Position numbers and translations under genes: made by a program | Part shown: positions 12,517-25,926 of the stretch, piece after piece | How positions within the stretch are numbered: position 1 is the stretch's first letter | How the letters are laid out: each line of letters opens with the position of its first letter | Origin: Saprolegnia diclina VS20 | Lineage: Eukaryota | Length of the DNA stretch: 64,000 nt | Assembly (NCBI RefSeq): GCF_000281045.1 | Contig: NW_008246120.1 | Coordinates: 175,835-239,834, forward strand | Direction of reading: 5' to 3' | Notes under the pieces: model-generated | Told to the model about the DNA's origin: nothing | What the model saw: only the letters and a program-made list of their open reading frames with translations | Database searches by the model: none

Positions 12517-13211
12517 CTACATGCTCGCGACGGCGGCTTCAATGTCGTCCGCTAGCTCCTGGAACTTGTTCCACTGGTCGATCGAGAGCGAAATCCCCTT
12601 GCTGCCGGGCATCTGAACCCCGTCCTTGTCGTAGAACTCGCGGAAGTCAATGAGAAGCATGCTCTTGAACTTGCGGATCGTCGCCCGGCGCTTCGTCGAG
12701 ACCTAGTTATCGTCAGGATGGGCTACTAGTGGAAGAGGAGGCAACGTACAGCAAACGCAATCGAGCCCTCTTCGGCGCCCTTGAGCTTGGCGTGGGCGTA
12801 GTCGCCAGCAATGTCGTCCTGGACCTCGGCGATCGCCGCGTGGATGTCGGCCGTGAGCTCGGCAATCTTCTTGTATTGGTCCTTGGAGAACGAGATGCCC
12901 TTCTTGCCGGGCTTGCGTTCGCCGCCCGCGTCGTAGTACTCGCGGACGTCGACGAAGATCGTGTTCTTCCACGAGCGCACGGTGACCTGCTTCTTGGCCG
13001 AGAGGTCAAACGCGATCGAGCCGTCCTCGAGCTTCTCGCCCCGCGTCGTCTTGGTCTTCTTCACATGCTCGTCCTCCCCATGTGCTTGGGCATCGCCGTC
13101 GTCATCCTCCTCACGCGCACGCTTCGTCTGGCCGACGGGCGCTTGCTTCGTCTGGCCGACGGGCGCTTGCTTCGTCGCGGTCGTTGGCTTGGTGAGTTGC
13201 TTGGAGGCCAT
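12517..13211 (-). CDS. PC4/Sub1 transcriptional coactivator with two tandem PC4 domains
   Basis: KKQVTVRSWKNTIFVDVREYY...PGKKGISF, then second exon KRRATIRKFKSMLLIDFREFY...PGSKGISLSIDQWNKF. Confidence 0.9.
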
Positions 13212-13582
13212 GGTCCGAAAATGACCACCGCAAAAATGCAAAAATCGAGATATAAAAAGAAATCAAATTGCTAAAAAAAGACGCGGGAAATCAGTTTATT
13301 GCCGAAATGTATTTCCTGACCTTGGGCTTTGACTGCTCCTACGACTACTCCTCCCCATCAAGACGTTGCTGACCATGCACTCGTACGCTTCTGGTCTTAT
13401 GCAGAGTTGATGGTTGATCTCTGTTGGCGGTCGAGGCCGCCACATCCTCGTACCGTATGGCGACCACCGGCCAGGCTGCCGATCGTACCAATCCTGCAAG
13501 CTGCTCCTAGCACTGCGCAGAGCCACAAACGATAGCAAATGACAGCAATAAACTGGTTGATGTTATGGTTGCCGTGGGATCT

Positions 13583-14283
13583 TCACTTGGGTTCGTTGAC
13601 CAAAATGGCGGCGGCGACCTTGCGGTCCTCGGCGTTGAGGATGTTGAAGGTTGCGCACGCGTTAAACTAGACAATGCATAAGTCGCACGATGGCTGGACG
13701 ATGCTACTACCGAGTCCAAGTACTCGACGACAATCCCGTTGGACTTGAGGTACTCGACGAGCGACGGTTCAAGCTGCTTGGCGATGCGCTTGCCGCAGCC
13801 GAGGACGAGGATTTCTACGCCATATCTTCTCGCCCGTATCCATGCGACAACACAAGCGCCATACCGATCGGTGGGTTGGCGACCGTAAACACGTTGAGGC
13901 TCTCGATCGTGATCTCGTCGAGCGACCGCGGCTTCCACATCTAACGTGGGGTGGTATACGTAATGGCGTCGAGGCGACTGCGTACCATGGCAATGTTGGG
14001 CATGAGAGCGACAGACCCGCGCATGTTCTAGACCGGCAAAGCTCGGCGAAAGCGGCGAGAGACGGCGAACGTACCACATCGTTGACAACGAAGCCGCCGT
14101 CGTCATACTCGGAGATCGAGACCTTGGCCGTACCGGTCATCATTTCCTAGAGGTCGCGCCCATGAGCCGCATTGCACCGCATGCGTCTCGCACCTTGTGC
14201 ATGTCGTGGCCATACTGCAGCCAGCGGACGCCCACACCGCGCTGGAAGGACGCCGGCGCGCTTCGGACCACTCGGCGCAACAT
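13583..14283 (-). CDS. NDUFAF3: Complex I assembly factor NDUFAF3 (Mth938 domain), multi-exon
   Basis: Transit peptide; ISEYDDGGFVVN; EILVLGCG; NACATFNILNAEDRKVAAA. Confidence 0.88.
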
Positions 14284-14411
14284 GGCAGCGTGTGAAAATG
14301 GCAACCGGATACGCGGGTAGATATGCCGGATATGGCGACTTGGTCTTGCAAGGGTTGTGTGTTTGTCTGTCAACACGGCCATGCTGCCAGTCCGAATCTG
14401 GTACTGGGTGA

Positions 14412-15008
14412 ATGCGACGTGCCGCCTTCCTCGCCGTCGCCGCCGGCGCGACGAGCCTCCACAGCATGGCGTACGTCGACAACACGGCCGAGATCCCGGT
14501 TGACGCATCCCGCTTCTGCGCTGGCGGCGGCGCTTTTGGCCTCTACGAGCGCCAGACCGGGTGCGCGCTTGGCAACTGCGACTGCTTTCCGGTTCTCTTT
14601 GCGTGCGACCCGTCGCTGGGCAATGGCCTTGGCGAGTGTGCACTCTCGGGTACGTGTCAATGACGCTCTGCGCGCGCTAAACAACGGCGTAGGCGTCGGC
14701 GAACTCCTGCTTGTCCTCGCCTTTGTCGTCAACCTTCTCGTGCCCGCGCTGTACGTGCTCTCCCACTTTTACCACGAGAACGACGCTGTTGACGCCCGCG
14801 CCGTGCTCCACGAAGAGCGCAGCGCCCGTCGACCGACCCTCGATCACATGCCATCCGCCATCTCGGACGCGGCCGAGCCCAAGGAGGACCTGGAAGCGTA
14901 CGTACCATCTGCGATCCCTAATTCTAGCGCTCAATTGATGGTTCACATAGGACGTACTTTGACATGACGCAAGTATGCAAGCGCTGCCATGCGATCGTTG
15001 GCGACTGA
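14412..15008 (+). CDS. Small Cys-rich single-pass membrane protein (3' end approximate)
   Basis: Signal-like N-terminus, six Cys, spliced hydrophobic segment LLLVLAFVVNLLVPALYV. Confidence 0.55.
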
Positions 15009-15090
15009 TGCATCCTGCAACTAGTTTCGCCGCGCGATCCCAGACAAGGTATTTGGTCTCGACAAGACGGCCAAAATCAAGCTCGAGGTT

Positions 15091-17375
15091 ATGTCCAAAG
15101 GTACAATGTCGTATCGATCCATCGTTTGGATAGTTTGGATAGCTCACATGGCTACTATCGGATAGGCTGGATTCAGTTTATCTTCTTCTTCATGCTCACA
15201 GCTTTCGCCGTGTGCCTGAGCCTCTTTGCGATTTCGGCCGATACCGTCGAGACGACGATTCCCTTCTCGTCGCTCAACGCCACCGTAAGCAACAAGTCGA
15301 CGACATTCGTGTTTGACGCGGCCGCCGCCAACGCGACGCTGCCCCAAGGCACGCGCTTCGTATCGCTGCACGGCGACCTCTGCCAGCTGCCGCCATCGCC
15401 CGGGGACCATGTGCTCAACGTGAGCTACACGGTCTCGGCGCGCATCGACGGCGGGCTCTTATTTGACACGTTCTCCCACGACCGACTCCTCGTGCGCTGC
15501 GTCTGCTCGGACGTGTCGTGTCGCCCGGTCGCCGGCAGCGAAGACGCATTGGTCTCGATCCCTTGGTTCCAAGATGCCTTCCAAGTCATTGGCCACGACG
15601 TGCAGCACGCCATTTCGCTCCACCTTCATGTGCACACCAACACGACGCTGCATGGTCGCCCAGAGCTTGTGCTGCTGGCGCACCATGCGCGGCTCGAGCG
15701 ACTGATTGAGATCGTCAAGTGGCTCTTCCTCGTCGCCGACGTTGTCGCGCTCGGCTACTGGAGCTACTTGAATCGGCACCGCGGGTGGCGCCGGCTCCTG
15801 CCAGAGCGCCGCCTCTTGTATATTTCGCTGCTCTGCAACGCGCTCGGGTCGAGCCCCGTGCTGCACTTTACCCAAGCGTTCCTCTCGAGCACGTGGAGCT
15901 ACCTCTTTGCCCAAGCGTGGGCCGCGGGCCTCGCCGGCGCGTGGCTCCTCAGCCTCCTCGTGGCGATCGACCTGCAGCGCCAGCGCACCTTTCGCTGTTC
16001 GTTTTTTGCACTCAAAGTGACGGTGCTGGTCGTGGCCATGAGTGTTCGCGGCGTCTCGTTCTACGCGCTCCCGAACGCCATCACGTCGCTCCTCGATCTC
16101 TTCCTTGCGGTGCTGGCCATGGTGCTCTTCCGCGGCGTCATGATGAGCGTGCGCAACGACCTGCGTCGCAAGGCGTACGCCGCGTCCCGGCCCGAGCAGC
16201 TCACGGCGCGCGTTCTGTACTTTATCGCGCTTCAAGTCACCTACGTCTACTTTTTTGCTGCGCTGTTTGCCGACCCGGTCCCAAAGGTCAAGGTGTACAT
16301 GGCGAACGCACGGGTCCTCGCCAACCTTCCGATCCAAGTCATTGCCCGCGCCGCGACACTCGTCCTCTTTCTTATCTTCTTGCCCGTCAACAACAAGAAG
16401 CGACCGCAGCTCCTAGCGACGACGATGGTGTTTACGCGTGAGAACTCGCTGCATTTACCCTCCGTCAAGCGGTCCGTGTCCCAAGGCCATGGAAATGGCG
16501 CTTCGGCGCCGCCCGTCTTGTGCCTCGAGACCGCCTGTGGCCTCTACAACCTCTCTTGCCACGCGTACTATGCGATCCCGAATGCCAAGCACGTGTCGAC
16601 GGACCTCGACTTGGACGTGGCGGCGGTGGCGCGGGACGGCCTCTCGGTCATCGCCGAGCTCTTTGACGGACCGACCGACACGCACGCGCTCGTGTTTATC
16701 GATGCGAAGCGGCTATTGGTTGCGTTCCGCGGGACATTTAGCCGCCAAAACGCAGTCACGGACCTCGACTACAACTTTTGCGCGCCGAGTCTCTTTCTCG
16801 ACCGGTTCCCGACGCTGCGCGTCCACCATGGGTTCTACGCCGCGTACATGAGCATTCGACCGCAGCTCTTGGCGATCCTCGGCGAGCACATGACGGATGC
16901 GCTGCAAGTGTTTGTGACGGGCCACTCGCTCGGCGGGGCACTCGCCACCATTGCAGCCTTTGACCTTGCGACGTCGTACCTCGTGACCGACGTCGTTGTC
17001 TACACGTACGGATCGCCGCGCGTCGGCAACCATGCATTTGCCCACGCATACAACTTGTTTGTACCGAGGACGTTCCGCATTGTCAACGACGCTGACGTGA
17101 TTGTGGGCGGCCCCAAGCAAGCCGTCTTTGGCTGCTACTGCGTTTCGTCGCTCCGGTACAAGCACGTGGGCACGCCCGTGCTGCTCTCGGACCGCGCATG
17201 CGGCACGTTCTTGATCGACCCAAACATTGTTGAAATGGCCTTTATCGCCAAACTCCGCAGCAATGGCTTCTCCCACCTCTTGTCGGCGTACCGCATCAAG
17301 CTCGCGCGCGGCTTGAAGGCGACGCTGGCCGCGCATCCGCCACTAAACGAGACGACGCCGCTGAGTGTCGCATAA
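15091..17375 (+). CDS. Multi-pass membrane class 3 lipase
   Basis: VAFRGT, VHHGFY, VTGHSLGGALA, YTYGSPRVGN, NDADVI; several TM segments; micro-exon ATGTCCAAAG at 15091. Confidence 0.92.
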
Positions 17376-17438
17376 GCTACTGCAACAGTGCGTACACGGC
17401 GCTTGTAAAATGTTACATAGTAGGTTATGAGCGAGGTA

Positions 17439-18257
17439 TTAGTAAGTGTTGTTGTCGACGGTCTCGTCGTGCGCACTGTGCCCCGGCTGCGTGGAGATGA
17501 TGCTGCCGATTTTCTTAAATTTGGACATCTTGAAGGGCTCGGGCACGGGCGCTTGCTCGTTGAGGAGCTGCAGTCGCTTGTCTTGCAGCACGGACGCTTT
17601 GGTCTCGCGGGGCATCGGTAGTTTCTACGAAAATCATGGCATTTCGGATATGTTGCGAACGGGATCAGTATGAAGCCGTACGCCCTTGATCTTCATGGCC
17701 GCGAGGTCCGGGTAGTCGATGTCGTCCGAGGTAAAGTTGGTATGACGGGCTTGAATGAGCATCGCAATGTCTTCCGAAGCTCTACAGGATGATGGTGGTC
17801 GGTACCGCCATTTTCGTGTGGAGGTACGTACTGTGTCTTGATGCCGTAAATGACGTCGTTCGTGGGCGTGTAGCCCACTTGCTTCTTCACGGGCGCCTTC
17901 TCGCGAATGTCGGGATGCTCGTTGGCATACATGCGTGCGTCCTTGGCATTGATGCAGCTAGGTACCGCTTAGCCGACTAGAACAACATGCCTGACGAGTG
18001 TACCCGACGGCCAAGGCCCTTCGGTTCGTCTCGACAAAGCTGCGAGACGATTCGACGGCCGGCGACGGGGTTGCTTGCACCCACTTGCCCATGACCTGCC
18101 CGGCGTCTTCCGGGTCGCGGATGATGGGGTAGCCGTAGACATGGTCGGTGTCGCGCGCGTCCGGGAGGTCGTACGAGGCCCGCCGGACGTGGCCGATCGT
18201 GTGCTTGATCATGGTCCGTCGCAGCGGCAGGTTCTTCGGGCCATTGTGCTTGGCCAT
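17439..18257 (-). CDS. CFAP77: CFAP77/DUF4483-like flagellar protein, multi-exon
   Basis: IGHVRRASYDLP..DHVYGYP..RDPEDAGQVM..W; SFVETNRRAL; C-terminal EPFKMSKF. Confidence 0.7.
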
Positions 18258-18537
18258 CGCAGCGAGAGAGAATCAAAGTGGTGACTGGCAACTCAACTTG
18301 GCAACTGCAACGTGGCGTTGGCAACCCAACGGTACTTTCCATTCTATAAATAACTCGCGCTTTAATTGGCTATATTAAAAGTGTTGTTTGATTGGTGCAA
18401 AAGACGAAAAATAGCAAGACGGCTGCTTTGATTGGCTATAGAAGGCGTGCGTCCGATTGGGCAACACGCTTCGGCGAATTGATTGGCACGGGAGCTGGCC
18501 GATTCGCAGCGTTGCGCCAGATACAAATCGGTTGAAG

Positions 18538-19299
18538 ATGAGCAAGGCGACCAAGAAGATGGAGGCCCAGCTGGCCAAGCTCCAGGGCAACGAGTGGGAC
18601 TCGGACGAGAGCGACCGCGAAGAAGCCCCGGCGCCGGTCTCCAAGGCCGCCAAGAAGAAGGCCAACAAAGCCGAGAAGGCCAAGGCGGCGGCGTCGACCA
18701 CCGAGACGACCGATGCGGCGCCGATTCAGTTCGAGTCGCAGGTCGACTTTGTCGAGCTCTCCAAGAAGACCAAGGCCAACCTCTCGAAGGCCAAGACGCC
18801 GGTGCCCGCGGGCGACTCGGCCGTCCTCTACATTGGCCGCATTCCGCACGGCTTTTACGAGAAGCAGATGAAGGGCTTCTTTGGCCAGTTTGGCGGCATC
18901 AAGCGCCTGCGCGTCTCGCGCAACAAGAAGTCGGGTGCGTCCAAGCACTACGCCTTCATCGAGTTTGAAGACCCGGAAGTCGCCGGCGTCGTCGCCCACA
19001 CGATGGACGGCTACCGCCTCTTTGACCGCGTCCTCGCCTGCGCTGTCGTGCCCACCGAGAAGCTCCACGAGCGCATGTTCATTGGCGCGAACCGCAAGTT
19101 CCGCCCGCTTCCGTACAAGAAGATGGCGATCCGTGCGCACAACGCGCCCAAGTCGTTCGAGCAGCAGGAAGCCGCAAACGCGCGCCTTATCGCCAAGGAG
19201 GAAGCCAAGCGCGCCAAGCTCGCGGCCATCGGCGTCGAGTACACCTTTGCGGGCTACGCGGGCGCCTTGCCGGCCAAGGCAAGCCACGTCCAGTTTTAG
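18538..19299 (+). CDS. NOP15: NIFK/Nop15 RRM nucleolar ribosome biogenesis protein
   Basis: VLYIGRIPHGFYEKQMKGFFGQFG...RVSRNKKSGASKHYAFIEF. Confidence 0.93.
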   Translation: MSKATKKMEAQLAKLQGNEWDSDESDREEAPAPVSKAAKKKANKAEKAKAAASTTETTDAAPIQFESQVDFVELSKKTKANLSKAKTPVPAGDSAVLYIGRIPHGFYEKQMKGFFGQFGGIKRLRVSRNKKSGASKHYAFIEFEDPEVAGVVAHTMDGYRLFDRVLACAVVPTEKLHERMFIGANRKFRPLPYKKMAIRAHNAPKSFEQQEAANARLIAKEEAKRAKLAAIGVEYTFAGYAGALPAKASHVQF

Positions 19300-19512
19300 A
19301 TTCTACTATTCGTTCCATATTCCCACAACATATTACTATGAAATATTTGAAATTGATACATTCGTGGTGTGCGGCAAAGTGTCCATCATGGACGAGTCGC
19401 ATTGGTGGATTCTCGCAAAGGTTTAATTTAACATGCTTGAAATGCTCGAAATGCTCGAAAATGCTCGATTGGTCGCGTGTTACCTAACAGTCGCACGCAC
19501 AAGCGACGAGTG

Positions 19513-20861
19513 ATGGCGGCACGATCGTACGTGGCCGAGCTCTCGGCGCTCTTTGCCGCCGACCCCGACATGTACGACGTGGCACTAGCGCGATGGCTCA
19601 TCCTGCGCGTAGCGATGAGATTGGCATTATCTACCTCGAGGACCCAGCCGAGGCGTTCGTGCTCGAGGACCACAAGCTTGGGATTGCGCTCGACATGCTG
19701 CCAGCGCTGCACCGCGAGGCCAAAGACGTCTTCTTCGCCGCACGTCGATCCAACGACGTCGACAGCATCCGCGAGGCGACGCGCTGCATGCTCCTCGTGT
19801 GCGCCGACTTTTACACGGCTTGGAATGCCCGGTGCGCATCCATGCCCTGCCCATCGATACCAACATGAATATATCGGATGATGTAGGAAGCAACTGCTCG
19901 TCCAGGGGCTCTTGTCGCTGCGTGACGAGATCACCTTTATGAACGTCGTGCTGAGCCACCACTCGAAGAGCATCGACACGTGGGCCCACCGGTAACGTCG
20001 GTCGTGTTGATTTTGACGCGCATGCATCCGGCGAGTAGGCGCTGGGTTCTGGACCGACTCGTGGTGACGACGCTCACAGCGTCGTTCTTGAGCGACGAGC
20101 TGGCGCTGTGTCTTCGCCTTACCGAGCAGTACCCGCGCAACTACCACGCCTGGTCCTACCGCTACCGCGTCTGCTGCCACTTGTCGCCCGAGGCCGTATG
20201 CTCCAACGCTCCTGGCTACAGATGATGCAAATACTCACAACGTTGTGTGTAGCTCGCGCAGGAACTCGATACGAACCGAACGTGGTGTGAGCGCCACGTC
20301 GCCGACCATTCGGGCTGGAACCACCGGCAGCTGCTGCTTGCGCGCCTCCTTCCATCCGACACACTGCTTGCGGACGAGTTTGCCTTTCATACACCCCTAC
20401 TGCGTCTCTTTCCTGGCCGAGAAGCGCTGTGGTGCCATCGCCGAGCGATTCTGCATGCCTTCCTCACGACTGCTCCGCGACGGTGCGGAGCGGCCCTGGA
20501 AGCATGGTGCGCACGCGCGACGGTGTCAACAGGCCGCGTGCATCTGAGCGACGCGCCGGTCGACGACGCAACTCTCGAGTTTGTTGCACGCGAGCTGCGG
20601 CTCGCTGCCCAGTTGCCGGACGCCAACGGTCTTGAAACGCGGTACCTCGTTTACGCGCTTGAAGCCGTCATGGTACGAGTACAATGCGTCTGCGTCGCGG
20701 TCGCAGCTGACGATCTTACTCTGTAGATGGGCGAGTCGATGTCGCCGCACGTGCGTCAGCTCCACGCGGCACTCTGCCAGACATTGGTTGCCGCGGACCC
20801 GACGCACAGCAACCTGTGGCAGGCCAAGGCACATCTCCCGTCGCTCTGCACCAAGATCTGA
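19513..20861 (+). CDS. PTAR1: Protein prenyltransferase alpha subunit repeat protein (PTAR1-like), multi-exon
   Basis: DFYTAWNAR, HSKSIDTWAHR, YPRNYHAWSYR, HVADHSGWNHR, GREALWCHRR repeats. Confidence 0.85.
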
Positions 20862-21110
20862 GTGTCGTAGTCGTGCTCTTAGCATTAGCGTGCGTGCTCG
20901 ATCGAAGTAGGACTGTCGTAGCAGCCTACAAACATAAGACTATGAAGCAAACAGAAGCTATGCTGCTGTCCTAGAGTGCTTGCACAGTGCTGACGAATGG
21001 TTCACATGCCAGTAGTTTTGAATGAATTGTGCTACCTGGACCGTGCTGGTGCCACGTCATTTGAAACTTAAATGAAGGGCAAACAGAACTTAATTGAACG
21101 ACAAGTGAGG

Positions 21111-22476
21111 ATGGGATCCGCAGCTGACGTCGGTGATGGCCGCGACCGCAAGGACGAGGGTGTATGATACATGTGTAGTACGAGACGACGATACGAGCGC
21201 TCAAGAAAAGCCTTGCGGACGCGCGGAACCAACAGCTTCGCGCCGAGACGGCGCTGGCCCGCACCCAGCGCGACCTCGCGGCGGCGCCTCGGGTCGACGC
21301 GACGACCGACACAATTCTGTGCGAGGTACACGGTTGTAGTGGCAGAGTTGACCAGTTTCTCCATCCCGTGTGGCATAGATTGCTGCGTGCACCGAGGAAC
21401 TCCGTGCAGAGGCGCAAGGGTCGACGGCCCATGCACTCAACTCAACGATCGCCCGCCTTGGCGCGTTGCAGCTCACGGTTGCTGCTGCACAACAGCGCCA
21501 ACATGCAGTACGCGCTTCGACCTTGTTTTGTCTTTGGATGCGGACTACACTGGCTTTACGTAGCACATTGTCGCGCTTGAGACCGACGTCGCGCACCTGC
21601 GAGCCTCCATTGAGCACCAGCCACGACGCAAAGACTACCAAGTAAGCGAACCGTTGATGACCGCTGCCTGTCTTCACGACTCCACACCTTTTAGATGACC
21701 CAGCTGGAAAACCAAGCGCTTAGCCAAGAGAATCTGCGCCTGCGGCGCGAGCTCACCGCGACCCAGGCCCCGGCCGCGCCACCGTCCATGCCCGTTGACA
21801 CGCAGCGCGCGATGCGGCGCGACAAGCTGTTGAAAAAGCTGCGCGTGCAAACGAGTCGGAGGGGCGATGCGATAGCAGGCGACATTGTCCTCGATGGCGA
21901 TATCATTCTGGACAACATTATGCGCCAAAAGGTGGGTTTGCTCTGCATCGACATGATCGTCGACATGAGCCAGCGAGTCGGGAATCCACGCGTCGCCGAG
22001 CTGCCTCGCTACATTGCCAAAATGGCGCACACGTGCGCAACGATCCCGCGCCTTTTGAAGTTTGCGAATTGCGTCGCGACGGCACTCGGCGCACCTGCTC
22101 GTTGCGAGCTCCCGGATCTGGACGCTCTGACCACAGACTTGGTGCACTTTCGCCGTGACTACGAAGCGCTGCAGCTGGCGATGGAGCCCCCTGGGAGCAC
22201 GATCCACGCGCATTTGGTCGACGTGATGAAGGCGCTCAACGTGACGACGCTCGCCGCCATGGTGCCGGCGATCGTGGTATTGTCCATCTTGCCTTCTCAA
22301 GGTACTATAAGATCTGGTAGGAAATGCGGTCGCTGTTAGTGACACAGCGCGAGTTTGCCGCTGCGCTGCGTCAGCTCCTTGGGCTCGCACGTGGCGCGAC
22401 GACGAAAGACATCCTCGACGTCTTGGGCCGGTACTTGACGACGATTGGCCTCCGTCGCCACGATGCGGAACCGTGA
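21111..22476 (+). CDS. Coiled-coil protein, possibly CEP70-like; multi-exon
   Basis: Coiled coil (LENQALSQENLRLRREL); C-terminal VMKALNVTTLAAMVPAI...FAAALRQLLGL. Confidence 0.45.
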
Positions 22477-22804
22477 CATGCACTTCAACTTGGGACAAAC
22501 CCGACGTTTTACCCGTGTAAAACCGACCACCGTCATTCCCATCCTTCAACTGTGATGACTCGCCTTGAAGAGAGCCGCCTGGAACGCAGGCGTACATAGT
22601 ACATACAGGAGACTCCGTCTGAAAGAGTTGATGTGCATTGGTGCAGGTCGTAACGCCACCTACACCCTTGCATCGTTTTGGGCGCATTTCGGTTTTCCCC
22701 AGTATTACATTTCACAGGTCGTCCTGGTTGCAGCTGGCAATATCCGATTTGACGGTAAACCACCGCGTTGAAGTGGACGACCGTCGGGCAGTTGAGAACT
22801 TGCA

Positions 22805-24264
22805 ATGTCGTGTGGAAGCCAAGGCATCGTCGTCTTCACGCTCGGCCTGCTCACGGGCACGGGCACGACGCTGTACGTCGACGCGCTGCGATGCCACGTC
22901 CTTATGCGTCATGTAGCATGTCCAAGGTCATGTACAACATCGACTCGATCGGCAGCGACGGGCTGCTCAAGAAGTTTGAAAAGCCCATTTTCCAGACGTG
23001 GCTCATGTTTGCTGCCATGATCTTTGCGCTGCCGATCCAGTACCTCTACCACATGCATCTCGAGCGGCAATGGCACGCGGCCGGCGGCAAGATCACCGGC
23101 TGTACGTAACCCCTTCTTCTCTGTATTGGATGATGCTGTGTGCCTCATGCGGCGCGTCTAGTCAAGCGACCGGCGCGCGTGCCGATCAAAACGTACTTTG
23201 TACTGGCGCTGCCCGCAGCCTTTGATCTGATTGCAACGTACTTGGCCAACCTCGGGCTGCTCTACGTGACGGTCAGCGTCTTTCAGCTCATGAAATGCAC
23301 AGTCATCATCTTTGTCGCGCTCCTCAAGGTGCTCGTGCTCAAGGACCACCTCCGTGGGTACATGTGGATTGGCATCGCCATGAACACGGCAGCGGCCATC
23401 ATGGTGGGCTTTACAAGCTTCCAGGACACGGACGACCAGCTCAACAGCACCAACAACCCGGGCCTTGGCATCCTCATGATTGTGCTGAGCTGCTTTGTGC
23501 AGTCGGCGCAGTACGTCTTTGAGGAAAAGCTCATGGGCGACGGCATCGACACGGCGCCGCCGCTGATCGTTGTCGGTATGGAAGGCTTTTGGGGCCTCCT
23601 CTTCACGTCCGTCATCGTTTACCCGATCGCGTACTACCTTCCCGGCAACGACCTCGGGTCGTACGAGCGCTTTGACGACGCGCTCACGATGCTCGGCAAT
23701 AGCCAAGCGGCGCAGATTGCCGCTGGGATCTTTGTGTTTGTTATCCTCGGCTACAACGTCTTTGCGGTCTTCGTGACCTTTCTCCTCGACTCGATTTGGC
23801 ACGCGATCCTCGACAACTTTCGCCCGATCACGGTCTGGGGCACAGACCTCCTGCTTTTCTACGTCTTTACGCCCGGCACGTTTGGCGAGGCGTGGACGAT
23901 CTGGAGCTGGCTCGAGCTCGGCGGCATGCTCATGCTCCTCCTCGGCACCGCGGTCTACAACGGGTCGATCCAGCTGCCCGGGCACTATTACGACGAGCCG
24001 GTCGACGGCGCAAGTGGCGCAACGACCACGATCCGAACGCCGCTCTCGATGGCGTCCTCGGCCTTGACGCGCTCCCCGATGATCTCCAAGCAGGCGTTCA
24101 AAGCGGCCGACATTGCGCGCCGGACGCCGGATCCGATGGACCGCGAGCGTGTCCGGAAAGAGTACATGACCGAGTTCCACAAGCTGCAGTCGGGCAAGGA
24201 GAGCTCGAGCGCGTCCAAGCGCCTCGATCCCGCGGGCCACTCGTACGGCTCGATGGAGACTTAG
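22805..24264 (+). CDS. SLC35F6-like drug/metabolite (nucleotide-sugar) transporter
   Basis: FEKPIFQTWLMFAAM, LPAAFDLIAT, QYVFEEKL, VVGMEGFWG; about 10 TM segments. Confidence 0.9.
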
Positions 24265-25926
24265 TCAACAAGACCTTGCCAAATGCCAAAACGTCGACTG
24301 TAGTTGCGTGCTCGTAGTCCGCCACGTGGAAGGACCATCATTCACACATTGACACAACCCCACACGCAGGCCGTGCAGCGCTTATGCACTCTGCGGCCGT
24401 CATCGCGGTCCCACGCCAAGCCGGCTTCTTTGCTACTCGTCGCATTGGATGGCCACGGCGGCGCGGGCCTGTATGACGGCGTTGGACCATCAGCGCGCGC
24501 CTATGTACTGATCGGCAGCAGCGCATCACTCGGGCACGAGCATGACGTCGGTTCGATGCAGCGCGGATCGCATAGCCGCGCAGCAGTCGATGGAGGAGAA
24601 GCGAAGCTGTCGGAAGCCAGCTCCAAGATACATGGTCGTACCGCGATCAGGTTGATCATCGAAGCACGGAGTAGCCATGGCGGCTGCGTCCATCGCTGTC
24701 AGTGCTTCCATAGGCGCCACAGCACTTGCACGTAGGAAATGCAAGAGGCCATTTCGAAGCGACTTGGCCAGCTGCCAAGGTGATCGCTGCATTACGGCGT
24801 GGTGTATAAAACACGTTCTGGCTTTCTTTAAACAGGCCGCGCGTTCTTTTAATCGGGCAAGATGCCTTGAAGGATGTGCTCGTGTGTTTTTTAAACTCGG
24901 CGGGGGTTTTAAAAGCCGTTGCGCCTCGATTTCATTGGCCAACACAGCGTAAAACGAGTGGCGCTATCCATGTTACGAGCGCGTGTCACGGCCGCTTCCT
25001 GCACCAGCATCGTTGGGGTCTGCGGGCCCCTCGACAGTGCGACCGACCGCCTGTACCGGTAGGCACAACGGTCCTACTTTGCGCGTCGCTTTCGGCTTTG
25101 TCCGAAATGCAAGCTGGTGTTGGTGCGTCGGCGCCGAATTCGAGACGTTGTTGAATTTGAGATCTGACGCCACTGGCTGAAACAGTGTATTTTATCGTGT
25201 GGTATTTTTTTACGCGATCCTGGCGGCGCTTGCGCTATTTTTTCTATCGCGCTTGCTTTGCACTTGGTATTTGTATGGTGTGTGACGCGGGGCCAAAAAA
25301 ACAGAATTCGAAGCCGCCAATATAATGCGCGCCTTCGATCTTTCGAATCTTGGCGTGGATTTTAATTGGTGCACGGATACTACGCGCGCATTTGCGCATC
25401 GGTCGACCTCGCATATATTGCCGGTAGCATACAAAGACCAAGTCTCGACGGTCGCCACGCGCGCAAATTCGTGACGCAAAGCTGACGCAAATCAAAATTG
25501 CGTCGGCGCGACATATTTTGTATTAATATCGGAAGATTGCCAAGATATTAAAATAGCGCGTTCGAAAAACGCCATTTGCGTTTTGACTGGCCAGTAGCGT
25601 ATACAAAACCAAAGATAATTTAATTCGCATCCGCCGAGCATAGGTTCGAGAAGGTGTTGGGCGGCATATATTTTGTTATTTGCCAGCGCGCTGCCAAAGT
25701 CAGACGACCTCGGCGGGACGCGCGATACGACAAGCCCGACCAGCAGCAGCTCCGCGATACCTCCGACCTCGCCTCTGCTGTCACCGCCGCCGCCTACTGC
25801 CGCCGCCGTCTCTGGATCCTACTTTGCTACCTATAACGGCCACCGACCCGACTGTTTTCCATTTTTCAAGGTACATTGCCCACGTCGCAGCTCGTCGCAG
25901 GCGCTCATTGCGCTCTTGTGGACTAG

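Noticed and set aside
19435..19468. AAATGCTCG triple repeat
   Set aside because: Short simple repeat with no supportable function
23158..24240. Long antisense ORFs here and opposite many other genes
   Set aside because: Shadow ORFs caused by high third-position GC in the real genes
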